Positions 1-10,480 of a stretch of 39,709 nt of DNA are shown piece after piece (the first letter of the stretch is position 1; every line of letters starts with the position of its first letter). This stretch comes from Octopus bimaculoides. Taxonomy: Eukaryota. The notes beneath the pieces are model-generated. The model ran no database searches, was not told where the DNA came from, and saw only the letters and a list, made by a program, of their open reading frames with translations. The DNA lies in the NCBI RefSeq assembly GCF_001194135.2, contig NC_068986.1, positions 54,691,978 to 54,731,686 on the forward strand, in the 5' to 3' direction. A program made the position numbers and the translations under genes.

Positions 1-884
1 ATATATATATATATACACACAAAGACACATATGCATGGGCACACACCTATGTATAAGGATTAAGTTTTTGGAAGAATACAAAACTTTATTAACGATGGTA
101 TCATCCCTTGTTTTATTTGTATACAGGTACAGAAAGGTCCTCGGATTTTCCAAAGGAAATCAAATGAGATACTACTTAATTCTTTACGTTTTCTTCCACG
201 ACCTTCATGCCTTTCATGTCTCCAGCGATAAAATATCTCTCCATTTCTAAATAATATACAGACATGCCTCAGCTCAGTCGTTTTGAATTACGCCATTTTC
301 AGTGTTACATCGTTTGTTTTACTAAGAAATTAATGAAAAAATAAACCTCAATTTCAGTCGATTAATCCAACGTTGCTCTCAGTGAACATATTTAAAGCAT
401 AAAAATTTAAGAACACTTTAAAACCAACACAATACTGACGTGGAAAATCAAATAAAATACATATGAAAATACAAACCATTTATTAAAACATAGTATATGC
501 TAATAATGTTTTTCTTAAATATTTTCCGTGTTACGTCGTTTTTCAATGAATCCCATATCTTGATTTAAGATAAGGTATGCCTGTGTATTGGTTCATCTCT
601 TAAGCAGTTGTAGAAAGGAAATATCTTGAATTTCTTCTCACGAATGTACTCTTAACGCTCGTCTTAAGGAAGAATCAACGTGAAACAGTGTGTGAAAGAC
701 ATGCCTTAGAATCACAGGTACAATCTATCCGAAGGGATATTTCTTCACAGTTTCCGTTTTCCGAATGACTTTGACGAGGAATGGGCCGACCCGAAGCTGA
801 GGGAAATGGCAACTGCACGAGAGGATATGCAGTGTGATGAAACACGGATCTTCGTTTCTTAATCACCCAACCATATTGCGCCTG

Positions 885-1181
885 TATATGTGTGTGCGTG
901 TGTGTGTGTGCGCGCGCGTGCGCGTGCGTGTGCGTATGCACATACATACATGTCTTTCATGTGTGTCTGTGTGTGTGATTTATACATGTGTATGTGTATA
1001 TTATATTATATATATATGTGTGTGTGTGTATGTATGTATGTATGTATGTATATATATATATATGTGTATATATGTATACACACACACACATACACACATA
1101 TAAATATATATGTATATACATTAGATACAAACAAATACATATATACATGAATATACATGAATATATATATATATATATATA
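885..1181. repeat. Compound microsatellite (TG/CG/TA/TATG/CA)
   Basis: Direct reading of dinucleotide and tetranucleotide runs ending at a gap. Confidence 0.95.
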
Positions 1182-2486
1182 NNNNNNNNNNNNNNNNNNN
1201 NNNNNNNNNNNNNNNNNNNNNNNNNNNNNNNNNNNNNNNNNNNNNNNNNNNNNNNNNNNNNNNNNNNNNNNNNNNNNNNNNNNNNNNNNNNNNNNNNNNN
1301 NNNNNNNNNNNNNNNNNNNNNNNNNNNNNNNNNNNNNNNNNNNNNNNNNNNNNNNNNNNNNNNNNNNNNNNNNNNNNNNNNNNNNNNNNNNNNNNNNNNN
1401 NNNNNNNNNNNNNNNNNNNNNNNNNNNNNNNNNNNNNNNNNNNNNNNNNNNNTATATATATATATACATCTTATCGTTCTACTTTCCTTTTTATTTCTTT
1501 AATTTCGTTTGTTTGTTTATTTATCTATTTGTTTATTTTAGGGTTGTTTCAACAGTGTGTCATGGATTCATTAGTACGTACATATATATTCGTGTATTAA
1601 CACATATTTACATAAGCACATGCACTCACGCACAAGTATACGCATAGACACACATGCTTGCGTTGATCATGATTGTTGATGCAAGGAAACCCTTTTTCTC
1701 GCAATGACCGCAAAATACTTCAGCAAGCACCATAGACAAAATTCATGTTTTGTGCTTATTCTAAAAATTATTTACTCCTCATATTGACTACAAATCGAAG
1801 CTGTCTATAAAGTCACATAGCATTCAAAAGTATTCTTTAGATTAAAAACCGAACAATTAGGTTGACAGTTTTCGTATTGAACAAGCAGTTTAACAGTTCT
1901 CACAGAACTGTTGTACATTTTCAGTAGATCATTGGGAATTTCGACTCACTTGTATAATTCATTATTTAAAATTCGTTTTGTGTTGGCATTTCGATACGAT
2001 GTCTTCAGTGAGATTGGAAGCTAATTTGCATGCACAGTATGAGAGATGACTGAGCAAATTTAGGCATCAGGGAACATGTTTTAGAAACTAGAGCTGTCCA
2101 TGTTGCAATTCCTGCTGACAACTGAATATAATATACTTCCATCACTATCCAATATTATAGTCAAGTAGAAATGAAATGGTTGATTATCATCGATGAGGCC
2201 AATCATCGTTAGAGCATGTTCTGCCGCACGCATTTCATTTCTTTCAGAATATATACGGAGGCATAACCAAGTCATGAATATCCTTGTTGATGACTAAAGG
2301 AACAATACAGTGCTGTAAATGCAAAGACAATCAGCAACGGGTTGCAGTGCGTTGTTACCCGTAAGGAGAGACGAGAAAAGGGCAACACAAATATGTAAAC
2401 AAAAGAAATCTAACATCCAACCTTTTGAATTGTGCTTACGATTGGATGGACGGTGCTATTAAAATTCAAAAGTGTTTTTATGTTTA

Positions 2487-2715
2487 AGAGTATCTACAGT
2501 AGGGATATATCATCCATTGTGGTACTCACTTTTCAAGACAACAGGGTATGTTAAAATAGATATAATTTCTATTTGTTACAAATCTAAAGAGCCCTACATC
2601 ATTAAGCCAAATAAAGCAAAGTTTACTTTATGTGAATGTCATATGGTAACAGAAAATTTATGCATTGATTTTATTATTGGTTTAGTTTAGAAATTTATTA
2701 TTTTGATATTTGTAA
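2487..2715 (+). repeat. Old dispersed repeat (SINE-like), copy 1
   Basis: Colinear similarity to 6003-6255 (GTATCTA..ATCCA..CAAGA..AGGGTA..TTCTATTT..CAAATCTAAA..TAAAGC..ATGTCAT..ATGGTAAC..AGAAAATT.ATGCATT..GGTTTAG). Confidence 0.6.
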
Positions 2716-2913
2716 CAATTAAGAGTAAATTATCCATTGTTTCCTTTTTCATGGAGGTAAAATGCACTATTTCGTATCACTAGAGAGAAACCGTGTAGAG
2801 GCTGCATTGTTGGCTCATTGACGATCGGAGGTTTTAAACATTTTAGCGACTTTATCAATATAATCGGAGAGAGACAGGTGAAACGGATCAGTCTAGTTTG
2901 GGGAGATTTGCTT

Positions 2914-2934
2914 TGTGTGTGTGCGTGTGTTTGT

Positions 2935-2981
<47 letters not shown>

Positions 2982-2982
2982 T

Positions 2983-3027
<45 letters not shown>
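2914..3027. repeat. (TG)n microsatellite
   Basis: Direct reading. Confidence 0.97.
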
Positions 3028-3029
<2 letters not shown>

Positions 3030-3459
3030 TTGGAAACGAAATAACACTTTTAACAGCGTTTGCAGTATTTACAGAACTGACTCTGGACGGGTGAAACCAT
3101 CCTGGCCCAATTAGTAAAGACTCTCTTTAGCAAGAGCCGGGAGGAAAGAGCGGCAGTTTGAAGAATTGAGAAAGGGATGTGCAATGTCAAAAGGTACCCT
3201 TTGTGTTAAAAATGGCTAGGTAAGAACTTACTGGTTATTAGAAGGCGTCGAATAATAGTGGAGATTGCTAACGAACTTGTTGAAATAGAAAAGATTTTGC
3301 TCCTAATTAACAGTGGATGTGTGGTTCCGTATACATGTATATGCACACGCACAAACACGGACGCACACACACATACACACGCACGCGCGCGCGCGCTCAC
3401 ACACATATGTTTATATACACATACACATATGTTTATATACACATACACATATATACATT

Positions 3460-3935
3460 CGTTTACCTTGCTCAGGGGCTTAATGCCCTCAGCTTAAGCC
3501 CTTGGCCCAACTGGTTTCGAGGACTATCGGAGAGGATTGGGCGAAACTACGTGGACATTCCAGACTCCCACTCAAGAAGCAATTGGCTGCGAATGATCCG
3601 TGTATCTTGTTTTGTCCTGTTTGCTGTTGTTGTTGTGCTATCGCCCTTTTCCTGCTTGTTATGTTTTGATGCATGCTCTCGTTTCTCCTTTTGTCTACTT
3701 TTTTTTTTTGATGTCCTGTACTCATATTCATGATAGACCGTTGACCAACACCATTCAATTTTTTTTCTCCGTGTTTTTCTCCTTGTTTTCTCCGTATTCT
3801 TTCTGTTGAAGAGCGTAGCTCGAAACGTTAAAGACTTTCCGTATTCCCGAGCGTCATACTAATACATCCTTTTGTTGTTTACACCACCTGTCCTCGTCTG
3901 TTATTGTTTTTTTTTCGTACATTCTCCCACATATA
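3460..3935 (+). mobile_element. Putative Penelope-like element (PLE) 3' end / pseudo-LTR
   Basis: Frame reads YLAQGLNA (GGGCTTAAT at 3476-3484), resembling the terminal GLN motif of PLE GIY-YIG ORFs. This is followed by a pyrimidine-rich tract and an HHR-like motif at 3798-3834. No RT is present. Confidence 0.45.
3798..3834 (+). ncRNA. Minimal type I hammerhead-like motif (A6U variant, dimer-type stem III)
   Basis: TCTTT-CTGTTGA-A-GAGC-GTA-GCTC-GAA-ACGT-T-AAAGA: 5-bp stem I, 4-bp stem II, palindromic ACGT stem III, GUU site. Confidence 0.55.
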
Positions 3936-4467
3936 TGCATGTATATATACATGTATTTGTAGGTATGTACATATATGTATATATGCATATATTTATACAT
4001 TATTTATATTATTATATGATCGAACGCCACGCATCCTTTTCTAAGTAAGTTTTATCTTAATAATTACGATGCGCACACTTATTCTATTTCTTTTCTATCT
4101 CCCTCTTGACCTTCTTCCTTTCTGTTTTTCTCTCCCACCCTTTCCCTATTCTTATCCTCTCCCCATCACCGTTCACTCTCTCACTCACTCTTCCTCTTTG
4201 ACTCTCTCGTTGCTCACACGTGACCAACGGCCATCGATGTTTCTTTCTTCCACTTCGTTCCTAAAGACAATACGTGCTTTTATCTGTCTCTTCTCAAAGC
4301 TCGCTTTTCCAGCGTTCACCACTTCACATCGTCTTGGCTTAACAGCCCTCACAGTCTGTTTTTTCTGTTTTGTTCTCACTGTCCTGGTTTTGTCACCACT
4401 TTCACCCTCCGCAAAAAGTCCCAAATTTTATTTAATTTGCTTTGCGGAAAGGACTGTTTTAATGAAG

Positions 4468-4529
4468 TTGCGTCTTGTCCTTACCTTGGAAACGCGGAGT
4501 GCATAAAACAGGGGACAACTGATGAAGGG
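4468..4529 (+). ncRNA. Hammerhead-like motif with non-canonical (pseudoknotted) strand order
   Basis: GTC 4472-4474 plus TTGTCC(TT) 4475-4482 pairs with (GG)GGACAA 4511-4518, directly before CTGATGA 4519-4525. GAAACGCGG 4489-4497 pairs with TTGCGT 4468-4473. AGGG 4526-4529 can pair with CCTT 4484-4487, leaving one extra G at 4488. Confidence 0.4.
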
Positions 4530-4844
4530 AATGTACTTTATGTTGCATGTCTCGTTTCTCTGTTTGTTTGGGTTTTTTTTTCGTTGTTCGAAGAAAAGTG
4601 AACGCGTGTGTGTGCGTGTGCGCGTGTGTTTGCGCGTGAATTAGTCCCAGTTAAGCTGACCTATGAGCTTTTGTGATCTTTGTGATAACATCATTTTTTT
4701 TACTCAAGCATAGTATGTACCACTAGATTGTTTAATATGTCTTTATCTCTGTTTTTCTTCAGACGATGGCGTGTAATAGTGTTAGTTAGGTGAATGTAAC
4801 TGGTGTTTCTGTCAAAGTAACTAGGTAATACTTCCCTCATCGGC

Positions 4845-4882
<38 letters not shown>

Positions 4883-4890
4883 GTCATACC

Positions 4891-4930
4891 GGCCATGACG
4901 AAGGGAAATAGCCCTGAAACTCGAGTCGCC
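4891..4930 (+). ncRNA. Minimal type I hammerhead ribozyme-like motif
   Basis: GGC-C(A)TGACGA-AGGG-AAATAG-CCCT-GAA-ACTCGAGT-C-GCC: 3-bp stem I, 4-bp stem II, palindromic stem III, GUC site after 4927; one extra A between C3 and U4. Confidence 0.65.
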
Positions 4931-6002
4931 TTTATATATATATATTTATATTTATATATTTATATATTTGATCCTTTATATTGAACACTCAATATTTCAT
5001 CTACATTCAATACTTTCTTTCATGGTGCCATCCATTTTTATGTTATTTTATTTTATATTGTATATTGTATATCATATTATATATTGTATATTCCATATTC
5101 TATACCCCACATTAGTTCTGCAGGAATATAAATAAAACATAANNNNNNNNNNNNNNNNNNNNNNNNNNNNNNNNNNNNNNNNNNNNNNNNNNNNNNNNNN
5201 NNNNNNNNNNNNNNNNNNNNNNNNNNNNNNNNNNNNNNNNNNNNNNNNNNNNNNNNNNNNNNNNNNNNNNNNNNNNNNNNNNNNNNNNNNNNNNNNNNNN
5301 NNNNNNNNNNNNNNNNNNNNNNNNNNNNNNNNNNNNNNNNNNNNNNNNNNNNNNNNNNNNNNNNNNNNNNNNNNNNNNNNNNNNNNNNNNNNNNNNNNNN
5401 NNNNNNNNNNNNNNNNNNNNNNNNNNNNNNNNNNNNNNNNNNNNNNNNNNNNNNNNNNNNNNNNNNNNNNNNNNNNNNNNNNNNNNNNNNNNNNNNNNNN
5501 NNNNNNNNNNNNNNNNNNNNNNNNNNNNNNNNNNNNNNNNNNNNNNNNNNNNNNNNNNNNNNNNNNNNNNNNNNNNNNNNNNNNNNNNNNNNNNNNNNNN
5601 NNNNNNNNNNNNNNNNNNNNNNNNNNNNNNNNNNNNNNNNNNNNNNNNNNNNNNNNNNNNNNNNNNNNNNNNNNNNNNNNNNNNNNNNNNNNNNNNNNNN
5701 NNNNNNNNNNNNNNNNNNNNNNNNNNNNNNNNNNNNNNNNNNNNNNNNNNNNNNNNNNNNNNNNNNNNNNNNNNNNNNNNNNNNNNNNNNNNNNNNNNNN
5801 NNNNNNNNNNNNNNNNNNNNNGGTGGTGGTGGTGGTGGTGGTGGCAGTTGACGATGGTGACGAGGGTGATTGGTTATGGTAGTCACCATGGTTCTTGTTT
5901 TGTTTTCCGCTTTCCCAACCAAGTCGGCCCAAATTCAGGACACAAATAATAAAAAAGTGTTCGAATCATGCTTGGAACCAACTCGCCATTCTCACGAACA
6001 TT

Positions 6003-6255
6003 GTGTATCTAGAAATACTTTATCCAGTATGTGTCCCTTCCTTTGCAAGATGCTAGGGTAGGACGTGAGGAGGATTTGACTTCTATTTCTAGCAAATCTA
6101 AATACTGCCTCTGCAGAGACTCTGTCATTGGCTCCGGTAAAGCGAAGCTTGTTTCGTGTAGATGTCATGCCATGGTAACGAAAGAAAATTGATGCATTTA
6201 ATTAGTTTTATAATTGGCTTGGTTTAGAAAATTATTATTTAGTCATTTATTGCAA
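6003..6255 (+). repeat. Old dispersed repeat (SINE-like), copy 2
   Basis: Homologous to 2487-2715. GAGG..GATTTGACTTCTATTTCTAGCAAATC also resembles about 8955-9010, about 28270-28305 and the reverse complement of about 31340-31440. Confidence 0.6.
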
Positions 6256-6588
6256 TTTGTGTTTAATTAATAATGTTATTGGTATTTTTTTATATAATCA
6301 CCTCTCCATGTGTGTATGTGCGTTGTATGTCTTGTGTAAACGTGTATATATATCTGTGTGTGTTTGTGTTTATATATGAGTGTGCGTACATGATTAGGCC
6401 TTGTGCAAATTGATATAATGCATGTGCGTGTTTTTAAATCGTATGCAGGAGATAAAACACATATGTATCGGATTATGCATTTACGTATAAGCATTTACAT
6501 GCATTTAGTATATGGGCATATCTAAATCATCGTATGTTCGCGTACATGTGTAAGAGCATGTGTATGTGTGTATGTGTGCGTATATATA

Positions 6589-6648
<60 letters not shown>

Positions 6649-6844
6649 AAAAACTTACTTGGAAAAGGATGCGCGGCGTTCGATCATATAATAATATAAA
6701 TAATATATGAATATATGCATATATACATACATATATGCACATACCTACATATATGTACATATACATCGAACTAAAAAAACAAACAAACAGAGAAACGAAA
6801 CATGCAACATAAAGAGAAGTATATAGGTAAATGTAGAGAATAAG

Positions 6845-6850
<6 letters not shown>

Positions 6851-6910
<60 letters not shown>
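6851..6910. repeat. (AG)n microsatellite
   Basis: Direct reading. Confidence 0.97.
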
Positions 6911-6914
<4 letters not shown>

Positions 6915-7215
6915 TTTCAAGCCTATGCGAGCGGTGAAGTGCTCTTTTAATTTGCACTCTCTTTATTACATCTCACGGAACCTACTTCCCATAACTACAT
7001 CGTCACATTAACACTCTACATCATTGTGGGTACCTTCCATACACACACCTTCTTTACACCCACTTGACCGGCTACAATTTTCTCACAGATTATTAGACAA
7101 TCTTAGCCTCAAAATGATGAGCTGTTCACGATACTGGAATGCCTTCAATCGTTATAGGTCTGTTCAGTTGGAGAAAAGCTTGGGCTGTACTAAAACAACT
7201 ACGTTTCTTTCTGAT

Positions 7216-7216
<1 letters not shown>

Positions 7217-7300
<84 letters not shown>

Positions 7301-7340
7301 CTCTCCCTCTTTCTCTCTCTCTCTCTCTCCCTCTCTCTCA
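7217..7340. repeat. (TC)n microsatellite
   Basis: Direct reading. Confidence 0.97.
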
Positions 7341-7476
7341 CTCATTCCCTCTCCTTCTCTCCGCTTCACCTCCTTCACCTCCCGATCTGACGTCAGTATT
7401 TTCTGCTGAAATGCACAACCTTCGTTTCGATTAGTTTTTAAAATAATGAAGAATTTAGTAAATTAAGCTAGTGTTT

Positions 7477-7898
7477 GGAATGTGGCTGTGTGATAAGAAG
7501 TCTACTTCCCAAGCACATGGTTTCCGGTTCAATCCTAGCTTTGGCACCTTGGGCAAGTGTCTTCTACTAAAGCCTCGGGTCAACCAAAGCTTTGTGAGTA
7601 GATTTGGTAGATGGAAACTGAAAGAAGCCCATCATGTATATATATATATATATATGCATATATATGTGTGTGTGTGTGTGTGTGTGTTTGTCTTTGTGTC
7701 TGTTTTTCCCACCACCAGCGCTTGATAACCAGTGTTGGTATGTTTACGTCCCCGTATCCTAGCGGTTCGGCAAAAGGGGTCCGATAGAATTATTAATCAG
7801 CTTTAAAAAATAGGTATTGGGGTCTAAAAGTTCTTGAAGGTGATGTCCCAGCATGGCCACAGTCTAATGGCTGAAACAAGTAAAAGATAAATGATAAA
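7477..7898 (+). mobile_element. tRNA-derived CORE-type SINE, diverged full-length copy
   Basis: A-box-like TGGCTGTGTGATAAG, B-box GGTTCAATCC, CORE-like ACCTTGGGCAAGTGTCTTC, internal (TA)/(TG) tract and a 3' module ending CCAGCATGGCCACAGTC..TGAAACAAGTAAAAGA; homologous to 11637-12192. Confidence 0.85.
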
Positions 7899-8039
7899 AT
7901 GAAATTTTGGTGTAATTTTTAATTTAGATCACTTTAAAGCAGAATTTGTATCATAAAACCTGGAACAGTCTCAGACAGATTGGAATTAAGAGCACTATCT
8001 GCCTTCTGTCTTGTATATCTGCATCTATTTGTATTTCTA

Positions 8040-8480
8040 CCATGTTTGTTTGTCTGTCTGCATGTCTGTCTGTCGATCTGTCTGCATGTTTGTCCGTCGG
8101 TTCTTCTCTCAACACAACTGTATGATGTCATTATGACGGTTTGTCTGTCAAGCATATCTGTCTGTCACCACGTCTGTCTGTTACCATGTCTGTCTGTCAG
8201 CATGACTGTCTGTCACCATGTCTGTCTCTCACCATGTCAGTCTGTCAAGCATGTTTGTCTGTCAGCACGTCTGTCTGTCAGCATGTCTTTGCTAGACATT
8301 TCTGTCTGTCTGTCAGCATGTCTGTCTGTCAACCATGTCTGTCTGTCAGCGTGTCTGTCTGTCACCATGTCTGTCTGTCAAGCATATCTGTCTGTCAGCA
8401 TATCTGTCTGTCAAGCATGTATGTCTGTCAGCATGTCTTTGCTAGACATTTCTTGTCTGTCTGTTTCTCTCTCTCTCTGT
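8040..8480 (+). repeat. GTCT-derived minisatellite (about 16-17 bp unit CATGTCTGTCTGTCAG) with a higher-order repeat
   Basis: Repeated CATGTCTGTCTGTCA(G/CC/AG); GCATGTCTTTGCTAGACATTTCT occurs at 8281-8303 and 8431-8453. Confidence 0.85.
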
Positions 8481-8870
8481 CAGTTGGTCTGGCTGTCGGC
8501 ATGTCTATCTTTCTGTCTATATATCTATCGGTCTATCAATATCTCTGTTAGTACGTCTATTAATGGACTTGTCTCTGCCTATGTCTCCATGCTTCACCGT
8601 TTGTCTGCAACTTCCCTCTTTCTCTCCCCTCCTCTCTCTTTCTTTCCCTCTCCCCCCTCTCTCATGTCTATCTATCGGTTTTCCCTGTCAGTTTGTCTAT
8701 CTGCATGCCTGACAGCCTGTTTGCATGTTTGTCTCTCAGAATATCACTCAACATATCTCTCTTCCTCTCTCTATGTCTTTTCCTTCTCTTCCTCTATTTT
8801 ACTCCCTCCTTTCCCCTCTCTCGCTCTCTTTTCCTTTCTCTCCCTATTGGAAGAGACAGAATTGCATTGA

Positions 8871-9030
8871 ATTCCAGCCATGACCACTCCATCTCATTTT
8901 GAAACAAAATGCATCAACCGCATTTACTGATGTACCGTCCTCTTTCTATTGGCGATAGACATGATTTGAGGGACACTTTGGTTACTGTTTCTAGAAGATT
9001 GAGTGACCATGTTCAAGCTCTCTTATTGAC
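8871..9030 (+). repeat. Old dispersed repeat fragment (same family as 6003-6255)
   Basis: TGATTTGAGGGACACTTTGGTTACTGTTTCTAGAAG resembles GAGGAGGATTTGACTTCTATTTCTAGCA near 6067-6095. Confidence 0.45.
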
Positions 9031-9049
9031 TCTTTAACAGAGAAAATTT

Positions 9050-9050
<1 letters not shown>

Positions 9051-9102
<52 letters not shown>

Positions 9103-9129
9103 GGTGGGGGGTAGTAGTAGTAATAGTAA

Positions 9130-9168
<39 letters not shown>
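9051..9168. repeat. (AGT)n/(GGT)n trinucleotide microsatellite
   Basis: Direct reading. Confidence 0.95.
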
Positions 9169-9169
<1 letters not shown>

Positions 9170-9309
9170 CGTTGCTGTTGTTTAACTCTAGGTCATCCCT
9201 AGTCGAAAAGAACAGAGCCATGATTTAAAAGCCGTGACCATCTTATGTAAGGAACCCCACGTACAAGGAACCGAAGATCATAGTATCCAACTTTTCCTTT
9301 TCTGTGATT

Positions 9310-9781
9310 TTTTTACTTGTGTCAGTCACTTAACTGCGGCCATGCTGGGACACCACTTTGAAGGGTTTTGCTCGAACAAATCGACTTAGTTTTTTTTTTT
9401 AAGCCTAGTAATTATTGTATTGAAGTTTTAGGTTGAACCATTAAATTACGGGAGCGTAAACACACCAACACCGGTTGTCAAGCGGTGGTAAGGGGAAAAA
9501 CACAGATACAAATCCATCCATCCATCCACCCATCCATACATACACACATACATACATATGTACATACATACATACATACGTACATACATACATCACACAC
9601 ACACACATACATATATATATTTATATATACACACACACAACAGACTCCTTTCAGTTAACGTCAACCAAATCTACTCCTAAGGCTTTGGTAGGCTCGAGTC
9701 TTGTGCCACGCATTGGGTCTAAATCCGGAACCATTTGGTTGGGAAGCAAGCTTCTTACCACACAGTCACGCCTGCACCTAT
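9310..9781 (-). mobile_element. CORE-type SINE, full length, minus strand
   Basis: Reverse complement of head (TAGGTGCAGGCGTGACTGTGTGGTAAGAAGC at about 9750-9781), internal CATC/TACA/CA microsatellite at 9514-9640 and 3' module at 9310-9513. Confidence 0.85.
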
Positions 9782-9795
9782 AAAACGTCATTGTT

Positions 9796-9879
9796 TGTTA
9801 GGAGTGGGGTACGAACCCGTGGCGGAAGGACACGACTGCGACCTGAACGCAGCGCCTTAGACTGTTCGGTGACGTGAAG
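9796..9879 (-). tRNA. trnL-CAG: tRNA-Leu(CAG)-derived sequence, probably a pseudogene
   Basis: Minus strand reads ...ACCGAACAGTCTAAGGCGCTGCGTTCAGGTCGCAGTC...GGGTTCGTACCCCACTCCTAACA. Anticodon stem CTGCG/CGCAG is perfect with CAG at 9845-9843 and a long variable arm. The 5' acceptor strand and T-stem are mismatched. TTTT follows about 11 nt downstream. Confidence 0.8.
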
Positions 9880-10244
9880 GATAATTTGGTTACTTTTCCT
9901 AGTATGCTCTGTGACCAAGGATAGACGTTCTAGTTGACTGTTCGACGCAGAAAATATGCAGTAATGAAGGTAAGTGGAATGATAATACCCGTAAGATTAG
10001 AGTGGAACAGGGTAGAAGGAGCCGGGTAGAGGAGGCAGTTTAGTGATTGCATGCAAGGGCAGTGTAGTATTAACATGGTTTTAAGAGGGTGGCGAAGCGC
10101 AGATTCAATGTGTTGATTTAGTGTTTAGCGCATTCCCCTTATACAGATCCCTAGAGACTGTTATTTCAATCCATCTGCTCATTGCAATATCATTCGGGAC
10201 CTCTATTAACGATTATGACACATACGCGAAAAACCCAGTGACTA

Positions 10245-10440
10245 TCTATCTATCTATCTATCTAGCTATCTATCTATCTAGCTATCTATCTATCTATCTG
10301 TTTGTTTATCTGCCTATCTATCTACCTACATATCTATCTACATATTTCTTTGTGTGTATCTGTCTATCTCTCCATATATCTATCGATCTACCTATCTCCC
10401 AATCAATCTATTTCTCTCTCTCTCTCTCTCTTTCGATATA

Positions 10441-10471
<31 letters not shown>

Positions 10472-10480
10472 TTGTCTGTC
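10245..10480. repeat. (TATC)n/(TC)n/(TA)n compound microsatellite
   Basis: Direct reading. Confidence 0.9.

Larger units (their letters stand above)
4060..4940 (+). mobile_element. Putative PLE pseudo-LTR-like region with two HHR-like motifs
   Basis: Pyrimidine-rich tract from about 4065, hairpins at 4408-4455, CTGATGAAGGG at 4519 and a second HHR at 4891-4930. Boundaries are uncertain. Confidence 0.35.

Noticed and set aside
660-880. GC-richer non-repetitive block with a 90-aa minus-strand ORF
   Set aside because: The ORF starts in a microsatellite, and no splice pair, TIR pair or domain could be supported.
2081-2275. 64-aa protein-like ORF on the minus strand; LIIIDEA Walker-B-like peptide on the plus strand (2180-2200)
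   Set aside because: No recognisable family; the plus-strand peptide is bounded by nearby stops with no Walker A or other helicase motif.
7980-8870. 296-aa Cys/Leu/Ser/Val-rich ORF
   Set aside because: It is the translation of a GTCT-based minisatellite that happens to lack stops; no domain signature.
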